Assembly (NCBI GenBank): GCA_037382465.1
Contig: JARRPX010000002.1
Span: 6,714 to 70,713, forward strand
Origin: Anaerolineales bacterium
GTDB lineage: Bacteria > Chloroflexota > Anaerolineae > Anaerolineales > E44-bin32
Direction: 5' to 3'
DNA: 64,000 nucleotides
Within the stretch, counting starts at the first letter, position 1. The number at the start of each line of letters is the position of its first letter. Shown piece after piece: positions 34,448 to 45,055 of this stretch. The translations under genes and the position numbers were made by a program. A model generated the notes under the pieces. That model was given only the letters and a program-made list of their open reading frames with translations, was not told where the DNA came from and ran no database searches.

Positions 34448-36079
34448 TTGGCGAAGATCGTGACTGTCGAGCAAATGAGAAAGATCGAGAAGGCTGCAGA
34501 TGCCGCAGGATTGAGCTACGCGCAGATGATGGAGAATGCCGGACATTCGATCGCCCAACGTATCCTGGATCATTGGACCAGAATGGACGGGAAAAGCGCC
34601 CTCATCCTCGTCGGCTCCGGCAACAACGGCGGGGATGGACTCGTCGTGGGGCATTATCTGCATCAAGCCGGAGCGAAGCTGCGTGCGTACCTGGCGAAAG
34701 CGCGCCCGGCAAGCGATGCAAACCTGAAGCGTCTTGCGGACGATGGGGCTGAGATCGTCGTTGCCTCCGAAGATACGGAGCGGAGCACGCTGCTTGAATG
34801 GGTTGCAGGCGCTGATTTTATAGTCGACGCAGTTCTCGGAACCGGTTTTACACTTCCGTTGCGGGGAAATGCGAAAAGCATCCTCGATGCAGCCGGCAAG
34901 GGGATATCCACGAGAAAGCGAAAACCGGTCATCGCCGCTGTAGACTGCCCTTCGGGATTGGATTGCGATAGCGGCGAAGTGGCCGACGAATCGCTGTCGT
35001 GCGACCTTACGGTTACATTGGCCGCTGCGAAGCCGGGATTGTTCATCTTCCCCGGCGCTGATAAGGTGGGGCGGCTTTTTATCGGGGACATCGGAATCGA
35101 TGATGATATGAAGGAGATTGCCAGCGTGGAGCTTGAACTTGCAACGGCCGAGACGGTTAAACCCTGGGTTCCTGCACGGCCCAAAAACTCACATAAAGGT
35201 ACTTTCGGGCGCGCCATGATCGTCGCCGGTTCGGTCAACTATCCAGGTTCCGCAGCACTGGCGGCTATGGGTGCGTATCGCGTCGGTACCGGCTTGGTGA
35301 CCCTCGCCGTGCCCGCGCCGGTCCAAAAGTTGTTGGCACCACAATTGGTGGAAGCGACCTGGATCGTGCTGCCGGACGAGTTGGGGGTCATCGCTGAAAA
35401 CGCCGCGGAGGTGCTGGCCGAGGAAATTAAAAACATACAGGCCTTGCTTCTCGGCCCTGGTTTTGGACAACAGCACGCGACCGCGGTTTTTCTGCAGCGT
35501 TTGTTGAGCGGCGACGACCGGGGCAAGTTGGGCCTGGTGCCGACGGATCGCGGGAAAGTCAAGAAAACCAAACTTAACGTTCCGTGTGTCGTCGATGCGG
35601 ATGGACTTAAATTATTGACGAAGCTACCCGATTGGCCGTCGCTGCTGCCGCCGATGACCGTGCTTACACCGCATCCGGGGGAAATGTCGGTCCTGACCAA
35701 ATTGTCCACGGCAGAAATTCAAAAAGACCGCGTCAATCATGCGCAGCGCGCCGCGGCAGAGTGGGGACACGTGGTTGTGTTAAAAGGCGCATTTACGGTT
35801 GTAGCAGCGCCGGATGGAAAGTCTGCCGTATTGCCATTTGCCACGTCCGCACTCGCATGCGCCGGAACGGGCGATGTGCTGTCGGGTGTCATTACCGGGT
35901 TGAGAGCACAGGGTGTCGAGCCGTATGAAGCCGCTGTATTGGGTGCTTACTTGCATGGCCGCGCCGGCGAATTGGCGGCAGAGATGGTCGGCTCCTTGGC
36001 GGGAGTAATTGCCGGAGACGTAGCGGATTCGCTTTCGCTTGCCATTGCCGAGTTGAACGGAGGGTTGTGCCGCGTTTAG
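34448..36079 (+). CDS. nnr: bifunctional NAD(P)H-hydrate repair enzyme Nnr (epimerase + ADP-dependent dehydratase)
   Basis: 543 aa. YjeF_N (GSGNNGGDGLVVG) and carbohydrate-kinase-like C-domain (...AGTGDVLSGVITG...). TTG start 2 nt after the AOR stop. Confidence 0.9.
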   Translation: MAKIVTVEQMRKIEKAADAAGLSYAQMMENAGHSIAQRILDHWTRMDGKSALILVGSGNNGGDGLVVGHYLHQAGAKLRAYLAKARPASDANLKRLADDGAEIVVASEDTERSTLLEWVAGADFIVDAVLGTGFTLPLRGNAKSILDAAGKGISTRKRKPVIAAVDCPSGLDCDSGEVADESLSCDLTVTLAAAKPGLFIFPGADKVGRLFIGDIGIDDDMKEIASVELELATAETVKPWVPARPKNSHKGTFGRAMIVAGSVNYPGSAALAAMGAYRVGTGLVTLAVPAPVQKLLAPQLVEATWIVLPDELGVIAENAAEVLAEEIKNIQALLLGPGFGQQHATAVFLQRLLSGDDRGKLGLVPTDRGKVKKTKLNVPCVVDADGLKLLTKLPDWPSLLPPMTVLTPHPGEMSVLTKLSTAEIQKDRVNHAQRAAAEWGHVVVLKGAFTVVAAPDGKSAVLPFATSALACAGTGDVLSGVITGLRAQGVEPYEAAVLGAYLHGRAGELAAEMVGSLAGVIAGDVADSLSLAIAELNGGLCRV

Positions 36080-36111
36080 GGTTTACAAGCTGCTGAGCGC
36101 TGTGACGCATT

Positions 36112-36141
36112 AAAAAAGGACGCACTTGGTAGCGTCCTTTT
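36112..36141. terminator. bidirectional intrinsic terminator between nnr and the ytxH-like gene
   Basis: Stem GGACGC / GCGTCC extended by A/T pairs, loop ACTTGGTA. It is flanked by A6 on one side and T4 on the other, so both strands read hairpin plus U-run. Confidence 0.6.
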
Positions 36142-36181
36142 AATAAACAAAGAATCTATCTGACGCGTGTTGAATTATGCT

Positions 36182-36571
36182 TCAGGATTTTGATTTGGAC
36201 TTGGGCTTGGGTTTGGATTCAGTCTCAGACTCTTTCGACTTGGTCGTTTTTGGCTTGCGGCGCGTGGCTTTCTTGCCCGCTTCAACAGCTTCTTCGATGC
36301 GGGATTTTTGTTCTTCCAGAATCACCTGGCCGCGTTTCTGCAGATCTTCAGCTCGTTCGCGAGCTTCGCGCGCCAACTGTTCTGCACGAGCACGGGTCTC
36401 GGAAGCCGTTTGCTCTACCTGATCACGAAGCTCGATTCCTTTTTCGCGAATCATCGTTCGTGTTTCCTCGCCAGATTGCGGCGCCAATAACAAGGCAACG
36501 GCAGCACCGACAATGCCTCCGATGAAGAATCCCGAAACGAAGGTACCGAAATCACTATCACGGTCAGACAT
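36182..36571 (-). CDS. YtxH-domain protein (general-stress-type, membrane-anchored)
   Basis: ORF 36182..36580 trimmed to ATG 36571. FVSGFFIGGIVGAAVALLLAPQSGEETR is the YtxH signature. Followed by a charged coiled region and a K/S/P-rich tail. Confidence 0.8.
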   Translation of the reverse strand: MSDRDSDFGTFVSGFFIGGIVGAAVALLLAPQSGEETRTMIREKGIELRDQVEQTASETRARAEQLAREARERAEDLQKRGQVILEEQKSRIEEAVEAGKKATRRKPKTTKSKESETESKPKPKSKSKS

Positions 36572-36596
36572 GGGTATCACTCCTCTTTACTAGGTT

Positions 36597-37049
36597 TCAG
36601 CGCGACTTTGAGCGTCCCGATTTGATCAAATCAACAGCACGCCGGACGGCGGCGTATGTGCTGCTGATTCTAATTGCTGGTCGAACCATTTTATCACTAA
36701 GGAATTGGGACGTCCCGCGCAATGTGTTGACGGTCTCGCTGCCAGATTCAATCAGAGGTTTAATTTCAGTCTGGATCAATGCCGTGAGTCTGGCGATCTG
36801 TACGATGAGCAGAATTAATGCAAGCCCAATGAACAAGGATTCGACAGCCACGAAAATGATGACGACATCCCGGATCGTTTCTGTTTCCTGCGGATGCTTG
36901 ATTAAAGCGACGACTGCAAAGAACATGCCGGCGAAGACGGCAAATATGATGATAGTAACCAGAATTGCCGCCCAGGAGGAAATCCCGCGCTCTTCATCAG
37001 GTTGAATGGTTTCTTCTTCGAAATCCACGTTCTTGACCTTGATTCTCAA
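36597..37049 (-). CDS. DUF948/YtxG-like membrane protein
   Basis: 150 aa with two TM segments, then LIQTEIKPLIESGSETVNTLRGTSQFLSDK. Sits immediately upstream of the YtxH protein, as in B. subtilis ytxG-ytxH. The family call is from memory. Confidence 0.6.
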   Translation of the reverse strand: MRIKVKNVDFEEETIQPDEERGISSWAAILVTIIIFAVFAGMFFAVVALIKHPQETETIRDVVIIFVAVESLFIGLALILLIVQIARLTALIQTEIKPLIESGSETVNTLRGTSQFLSDKMVRPAIRISSTYAAVRRAVDLIKSGRSKSR

Positions 37050-37076
37050 TCGATTGCGAACATTATAGCATAGAGA

Positions 37077-37375
37077 TCATTTACGCCTTCGTTTCCAGCT
37101 TTTGCGAGTTTGTCTGGATTCTGCCTCGGGTCCGGCCAGTACTTCTGCAGTAAACAATCCGATAATCGTGGCGACTAGATCTGGCAGCAGGTTGAGGGAG
37201 CCGAATCTCAAGACGCGCCAGTGAATCCATTCGCTCACCAATTGGCCGGCGAAGAAGGAAACCCAGGCCGTGGCGACGTAGAGCATCATCCGTGAGAGCC
37301 GTCCGCCGCGCAAAACGTGAAACAACAACCCGCACATCGCAGCAATAACGGAACCGAAAAAGATCGTCGGAATAT

Positions 37376-37379
<4 letters not shown>
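37077..37379 (-). CDS. small hypothetical membrane protein (100 aa, 3 TM, basic tail)
   Basis: ORF 37077..37406 trimmed to ATG 37379 (MNIPTIFFGSVIAAMCGLLFHVL...). Start overlaps the mnmA stop (ATGA), implying translational coupling. Confidence 0.6.
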
Positions 37380-39948
<2,569 letters not shown>

Positions 39949-39966
39949 GATTTCGTTCGTAAGCAG

Positions 39967-40002
39967 ACGAGCGTCTCGATTCCGAGACGCTCGTTTTATT
40001 TT
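39967..40002 (+). terminator. intrinsic terminator after eno
   Basis: Perfect 12-bp stem ACGAGCGTCTCG / CGAGACGCTCGT, loop ATTC, then TTTTATTTT. Confidence 0.75.
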
Positions 40003-40020
40003 ATGATTCAGGGATGATGC

Positions 40021-40515
40021 TCAGTCGAGAATTGGTTCTGAATATACTGCAGCTGAAGGTTCTTCGCTGCTCCCAGCGGCGGGTGCGCTGCAGTAAGGAC
40101 AGATCTGCCAGGGGAGCTCCATCAGTTTCCCGCAGCGAGCACAAGGTTTGCGCAGCCGGGTGTGGCAGTGGGGGCAGATTTGCCAGTTGACATCGGCGTT
40201 TGCGCCGCATCCCGGACAAACCATGCGGATTTCGATCTGGGAGAGAAGCGCCTCCTCTTCGAGAGATTGCTGGTAGGCCTCGTCGAGCGTTTGCAGGGGG
40301 CGCAGGATGAAATATATGACGACACCCAGCACGTTGAGCACCAGCACGACCAAGGCGGCCAGGATGTGTACGATGCGGTCCTGCGTGCGGGAGCGGACAT
40401 CACGATAGGTCCAAAAAACGAGACTCAGCCACAGCGCGGCGAGAAATGCGCCGAAGAAGGCCGTTAGCGTGGTAAATATGTTCCCGAGTGACCCCAAATT
40501 CAACGCATCCGACAT
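40021..40515 (-). CDS. membrane protein with C-terminal double zinc ribbon
   Basis: ORF 40021..40725 trimmed to ATG 40515 (AAGGAGC RBS). Two TMs (..LAALWLSLVFWTY.., ..VVLVLNVLGVVIYFILRP), then CPGC..CPHC and CARC..CPYC. Confidence 0.75.
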   Translation of the reverse strand: MSDALNLGSLGNIFTTLTAFFGAFLAALWLSLVFWTYRDVRSRTQDRIVHILAALVVLVLNVLGVVIYFILRPLQTLDEAYQQSLEEEALLSQIEIRMVCPGCGANADVNWQICPHCHTRLRKPCARCGKLMELPWQICPYCSAPAAGSSEEPSAAVYSEPILD

Positions 40516-40618
40516 GTTGCGCTCCTTCGGGTGCGGATTATAGCACAGGGCATGAATTTCGCATCCCATCCAGGTAGAATAGTCCCCGCGTTTCTCAAGT
40601 AAATAAGTGGAGACGAAA

Positions 40619-41002
40619 ATGACGTTGACCATGACGAAACAGGAGCGGGAAAGTTTCCTGGCGGTAACTCGTATCGGCGTATTGAGCATTTCGGAACCGG
40701 GACGTGGGCCGTTGTCAGTGCCCATCTGGTACAGCTACACGGCGGGCGGGGACGTGAGTTTTGTGACCCTGGAAAATTCACCTAAGGCACGGCATTTGGA
40801 CATCGGCACGAGAATCAGTTTGTGTGTACATCAAGACGCGCTGCCTTACCGTTACGTAAGCGTTGAGGGCGGCGTGACGGCCATCGAGCCGGCTGATCTT
40901 GAAAAGGACATCCGCTCGGTCAGCCAGCGCTATCTTGGAAGGGAGAGTGGAAATCAACACGCAGAACGCATGAAAGAAGAATCTCGTGCGGATGCACCCT
41001 GA
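40619..41002 (+). CDS. pyridoxamine 5'-phosphate oxidase (PPOX) family flavin/deazaflavin-binding protein
   Basis: ORF 40607..41002 trimmed to ATG 40619 (GGAGA RBS). TKQERESFLAVTRIGVLSIS..GPLSVPIWYSY...VSFVTLENSPKARHL fits the PPOX split-barrel pattern. Confidence 0.72.
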   Translation: MTLTMTKQERESFLAVTRIGVLSISEPGRGPLSVPIWYSYTAGGDVSFVTLENSPKARHLDIGTRISLCVHQDALPYRYVSVEGGVTAIEPADLEKDIRSVSQRYLGRESGNQHAERMKEESRADAP

Positions 41003-41079
41003 GCGCTGGTATTCCGTAGATTTCTCCAAGTTGAATTGAGATTTCGCATTTCCTATTCTGAGGTGAGTGTGATGCAATT

Positions 41080-41108
41080 TTGACGTCCCGGCAAGCGTGC
41101 AGTATAGT
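41080..41108 (+). promoter_or_regulatory. near-consensus sigma70 promoter (TTGACG-N17-TATAGT) for the radC operon
   Basis: TTGACG at 41080-41085, exact 17-nt spacer, TATAGT at 41103-41108. It overlaps the ORF-track start at 41097, which argues for ATG 41151 (preceded by AAGGAGGGGGG). Confidence 0.55.
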
Positions 41109-41150
41109 GGCAGAAGGCTTGTGTATTTTTGGTACAAAAAGGAGGGGGGA

Positions 41151-41852
41151 ATGGGGGACAGCAGATCTTCCTACCGCATCAAAGATTTAGATACCTCGGA
41201 CCGACCCAGAGAACGTCTCTTGAATCTCGGACCGACTTCACTCTCAAATGCGGAGTTGATCGCCATTTTGCTGCGCGCAGGGATCGAAGGGCTGAACGTG
41301 CTGCAGTTGGCACAGAAATTGCTCCTGGATTTGGGTGGATTGGCGGGATTGCATCAAGCATCGTTGGAGGCGCTGTGCGAACGTCGAGGGATCGGACCGG
41401 CAAAAGCGGCGCAGCTCAAAGCGGCTATAGAACTGGGCCGGCGGCTTTCCATCGCCTCGCCGCAGGAACGCCCGGTCATACAGTCGCCGGAGGACGCGGC
41501 TTCGCTGCTGCTCTACGAGATGGGTGCACTGGAGCAGGAGCATCTGCGCGTGCTGCTGTTGGACACGAGAAACCGGGTGCTGCGAACGGTGGAAGTGTAT
41601 CGGGGTTCTTTGAACAGCTCCATGATCCGTATCGGGGAAATATTCCGGGAAGCGGTCCGGACGAACGCGGCGGCGGTCATCGTGGCCCACAATCATCCCA
41701 GCGGAGATCCGACACCAAGCCCGGAAGACGTGCGAGTGACCAAGGCAATCGTGGAATCCGGCGAACTCATGGACATCGAAGTGCTGGATCATCTGATCAT
41801 CGGAAAGAATCGATACGTGTCGCTTAAATCCAAGGGATTAGGGTTCGCATAA
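41151..41852 (+). CDS. radC: RadC-family JAB/MPN-domain protein
   Basis: 233 aa. N-terminal HhH region ([27 protein letters not shown]) and the JAMM motif [19 protein letters not shown]. Confidence 0.9.
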   Translation: MGDSRSSYRIKDLDTSDRPRERLLNLGPTSLSNAELIAILLRAGIEGLNVLQLAQKLLLDLGGLAGLHQASLEALCERRGIGPAKAAQLKAAIELGRRLSIASPQERPVIQSPEDAASLLLYEMGALEQEHLRVLLLDTRNRVLRTVEVYRGSLNSSMIRIGEIFREAVRTNAAAVIVAHNHPSGDPTPSPEDVRVTKAIVESGELMDIEVLDHLIIGKNRYVSLKSKGLGFA

Positions 41853-41870
41853 AGTTCAGTGGAGGGATAT

Positions 41871-42095
41871 GTGGATTTTCAGATCATGCTGCTTCCGTCG
41901 GAAAACTATTGGAACTGGGTGCGGGCCAGCAGCCCATACGTGATGCGCTTCGGCCCGAATATGACTTCCGATCCGCACACGGCAGCGGCTTATATGGCGC
42001 CTCGCCAGGTGATCACATTTCCGCAGGTCGCCAATGGCTATGGAGAGTACGGTGATCTGAAGCAATTCTTTAAAAACATAAATCCGGGAATTTGA
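41871..42095 (+). CDS. small hypothetical protein (74 aa)
   Basis: ORF 41859..42095; GTG 41871 sits 5 nt after GGAGG. It is wedged 6-18 nt after radC and 6 nt before the M23 gene. I recognise no family, and coding status rests on position and RBS only. Confidence 0.4.
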   Translation: MDFQIMLLPSENYWNWVRASSPYVMRFGPNMTSDPHTAAAYMAPRQVITFPQVANGYGEYGDLKQFFKNINPGI

Positions 42096-42101
42096 TTAGA
42101 T

Positions 42102-43487
42102 GTGGTCGAAGCGAATGATCCGGGGAGTTTTAAAGAGGCTTTAAAATCACGTATTCAGGACGATGACCGCTACGGACAAAAGCAGCGGCCGTTTTATCTA
42201 CTTTGGCCCACCGATTTTGCCGTGATCACGCAAGAATTTGGGGCGCATCCGGAAATCTACGGACGCTGGGGTTTTCCCGGTCACGAGGGGATTGACTTCC
42301 GCGCCCGGCCGAACACGAACATCTACGCAAGCGCGGACGGCCAGGTGTATGAGGTACATACCAATCCGGACAATCATCCGTATGGGATCCACGTACGAAT
42401 ACAGCACGAAGATGGCTACAAGACCGTCTACGCTCATTTCGCCAAGTCGCTGGTCGTTAAAGGACAAATGGTCAAGGCGGGCGACGTCATCGGGAAAGCG
42501 GATTCCACTGGGGCCTCCGTCGGATCGCATTTGCATTTCACGCTCAAACGCGACGGCGCCACGGAGCGAGATGAAACGGATTATCCCAAAGACGTCATCG
42601 ATCCAACACCGTTTCTTGTCTGGCCAGAGACGGCCAACAGTAAAAGTATCGAGCGCTTCGACTGGCCGGCCGGAAAACTGCTGTTCGGGGCGCATGCACG
42701 AATCGGCGCACCGATGACCGACAGCGATCTGGCGATGGCATCTCGTGCACGTCTCGAATGTATCAAACTGGAGAATTGTGAGACGGAGGAGAACATCACA
42801 CGCTTGCGCGAATTGAACCCCGGCATTTTCATCATGGGCCGGTTGACGGCAGATTTTTCCGGATTGCCAATAACGGCGGATGATTTCGTCCGCAAAGTGG
42901 AAGCCGGCCTCGGGGTCTTTTATCGGCAGGACGTGCGCTATTTTGAGCTGCATGCAAATCCAAATCTACAATCTGCAGGATGGCGGAGATCCTGGAGAAA
43001 CGGGAGCGAATTCGGGGGATGGTTTCTGCGTGTGGTGGATCAGTTGAAACAAAGTTTTCCCGGTATCCGTCTCGGTTTCCCTGGATTATCGCCCGGCGCT
43101 GGGATTTCAGGTAGGCGGGAAGCCGCGGATCAGTTCATGCACGAAGCGGAAGATGCCATGGACAGCGCGGATTGGATCGGCGTTCATTGTTGTTGGACGG
43201 ATGTGCGCGGGATGAATTCCAAAGACGGCCGCGGATGGGTAATGACTTATCGAAAATCATTCCCGCATAAATTGCTGCTCGTTACGGAATTCTACAATCC
43301 GTCGCAGTCGGTAAACGCAGAGGCAAAAGCACGCCAGTATCTGTCGTTTACAAACCAGGTCGCTGATGTCGCGGGGGTTGGTGCCGTGTTTTCCTACGCG
43401 ATCTCCTCCGATGAAAGTGAAAATGGGTTCGTTTGGCCGTCGGAGGGCGGCGCTTTTGCCGGGATATTGGCCGCACGGAAAGATTGA
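42102..43487 (+). CDS. M23 (LytM-type) metallopeptidase fused to a C-terminal TIM-barrel glycoside-hydrolase-like domain
   Basis: 461 aa. M23 motifs HEGIDF (HxxxD) and GSHLHF (HxH) lie in aa ~35-150. aa ~186-461 resemble a clan GH-A barrel (VRYFELHANPN, LLLVTEFYN). No obvious signal peptide. Confidence 0.82.
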   Translation: MVEANDPGSFKEALKSRIQDDDRYGQKQRPFYLLWPTDFAVITQEFGAHPEIYGRWGFPGHEGIDFRARPNTNIYASADGQVYEVHTNPDNHPYGIHVRIQHEDGYKTVYAHFAKSLVVKGQMVKAGDVIGKADSTGASVGSHLHFTLKRDGATERDETDYPKDVIDPTPFLVWPETANSKSIERFDWPAGKLLFGAHARIGAPMTDSDLAMASRARLECIKLENCETEENITRLRELNPGIFIMGRLTADFSGLPITADDFVRKVEAGLGVFYRQDVRYFELHANPNLQSAGWRRSWRNGSEFGGWFLRVVDQLKQSFPGIRLGFPGLSPGAGISGRREAADQFMHEAEDAMDSADWIGVHCCWTDVRGMNSKDGRGWVMTYRKSFPHKLLLVTEFYNPSQSVNAEAKARQYLSFTNQVADVAGVGAVFSYAISSDESENGFVWPSEGGAFAGILAARKD

Positions 43488-43534
43488 TAGCCCTGCTGGG
43501 GGAAGGAACGCAGTGGGGGACGTAATTTCTACAC

Positions 43535-44077
43535 TCAAGACCAGTCCACGCGAACCGCGCGGCGGCGGCCGAAGCGGTCTTGAAAGAAAACCTGGCCGTG
43601 CTCTTTTCCGAACTGCCATAATTCATTCGTGACGGCGACATCGATTTCGCAGTAAGCCAAGACTTCGTCGATCTTGCCTTCCTTGTACCAGGACACTGCC
43701 TGCAGTCCATCCGCGCTTTTCCTGGCCTGGAATGACGTTGCAGCAAGGTTGTCTAATGAGACGCGGAAACCCAATTCTTGATAGATGTCGAGCAGCAAGT
43801 CGGTCGTCTTGGCCACCAACTCCGGCGTAATGGACAAGCCATACGGTTTCAACACGGTATAGTCGAAGCGGACCAGGTTGAAGCCGATCATGCGGTCGGC
43901 CTCTTCGATGGCCTCGATGAGCTCGGCGGCTTGCTGTTCTGTGTAACGGAGGTATTCGTCCGCACCGACGTCCAGGAGGACGGCGGCAGCAAGACCCAGG
44001 CGATCGATGTAATCCCATCCTCCGACCTCCTGCGCCAGGTGCTTTGTTTCTAGATCGAACACGTAGGTTTTCATCAT
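43535..44077 (-). CDS. RNase H-fold 3'-5' exonuclease (DEDDy-type, PolB-exo-like)
   Basis: 180 aa. ExoI YVFDLET, ExoII MIGFNLVRFDYTVL, ExoIII YCEIDVAVTNEL. Confidence 0.75.
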   Translation of the reverse strand: MMKTYVFDLETKHLAQEVGGWDYIDRLGLAAAVLLDVGADEYLRYTEQQAAELIEAIEEADRMIGFNLVRFDYTVLKPYGLSITPELVAKTTDLLLDIYQELGFRVSLDNLAATSFQARKSADGLQAVSWYKEGKIDEVLAYCEIDVAVTNELWQFGKEHGQVFFQDRFGRRRAVRVDWS

Positions 44078-44143
44078 CTTGGTGCCATCCTCGTGCTAGC
44101 GGCTGATCTTGATGGGTTGCATGAATCCATGAGCCGCCGTGGG

Positions 44144-45055
44144 TTACACGCCAAGCGCTACGAGCAGCGCGGTAACAGTAAGCGGACTCAGGATCGTCGT
44201 GGCTGCAACGACGCCGGTGACGAACTCGGCTTCGACGTCGAACTTGGTTGCGATCACCATGTTGAACACCGCAGCCGGCATTGCGGATTGAATGATGCCC
44301 GCATGCTGACCGATCGTATCGAGATGCAGAAAAGGCACGAGCAGCCAGGCAATCAATGGGGATGCGACCAATCGCAGGATGACGGCCGACGAAAGGACGT
44401 CTTTGTGATTGAACGAGTTCAAACGGGCGATCTGGATGCCAAGTACGACGATCATGACCGGTATCGATGCTGACCCAAGCAGCTCGATCGGACGGGTCAC
44501 CGACAAGGGCAGCGCAATTTCGTTCGCGCGTACGAACAACGCGAGCGGAATGGCGTAAACGGAGGGAACTTTCAGCAAGCCCAGCAGCGCCTTCAGCGGC
44601 GATTGTTTGCCAACGCTGATGACATACACGCCAACAGAATTGACCATCATCGAGCTGGCAACGAAGTAGATGCTCGCCCACGCCAAACCACTTTCGCCGA
44701 ATGCGAATCGCGCCAGCGGCAGGCCGTAGTTGCCGGCATTCATGAAACTGGCCGAGATTATGAATGCGGATAATATGGGAGCTTCGAGTTTTCGGGCGCG
44801 GCCGATTAAGTAACATAAAACGGCGATGATGCTGATGTTCAATACCGTCAGGGACGCCATGCGCATCAACTCGTCGACAGAAATCTCGGTCGATGTCAAT
44901 AAATTGAAGACGAGCGCGGGAGAGAACGCGTAGAACACAATTTGTGAAATGGGCTTTGGGTCGATGCCGATGCGTTTCTGTAACGCAAAGCCGATCCCGG
45001 AGATGAGTATGATCGGCAGAAGGTTGGACGTGAAAACTTGGAATAAATCACTCAA
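44144..45055 (-). CDS. AEC-family (auxin efflux carrier) transporter
   Basis: 303 aa, ~10 TM. N-terminus MSDLFQVFTSNLLPIILISGIGFAL typical of the family. TTG start overlapping the HEAT-protein stop. Confidence 0.85.
   Translation of the reverse strand: MSDLFQVFTSNLLPIILISGIGFALQKRIGIDPKPISQIVFYAFSPALVFNLLTSTEISVDELMRMASLTVLNISIIAVLCYLIGRARKLEAPILSAFIISASFMNAGNYGLPLARFAFGESGLAWASIYFVASSMMVNSVGVYVISVGKQSPLKALLGLLKVPSVYAIPLALFVRANEIALPLSVTRPIELLGSASIPVMIVVLGIQIARLNSFNHKDVLSSAVILRLVASPLIAWLLVPFLHLDTIGQHAGIIQSAMPAAVFNMVIATKFDVEAEFVTGVVAATTILSPLTVTALLVALGV

Noticed and set aside
43623-44816. 397-aa ORF spanning the exonuclease and AEC transporter genes in another frame
   Set aside because: The sequence is extremely Arg-rich and low-complexity. 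Two recognisable genes (DEDD exonuclease, AEC transporter) explain the same DNA.
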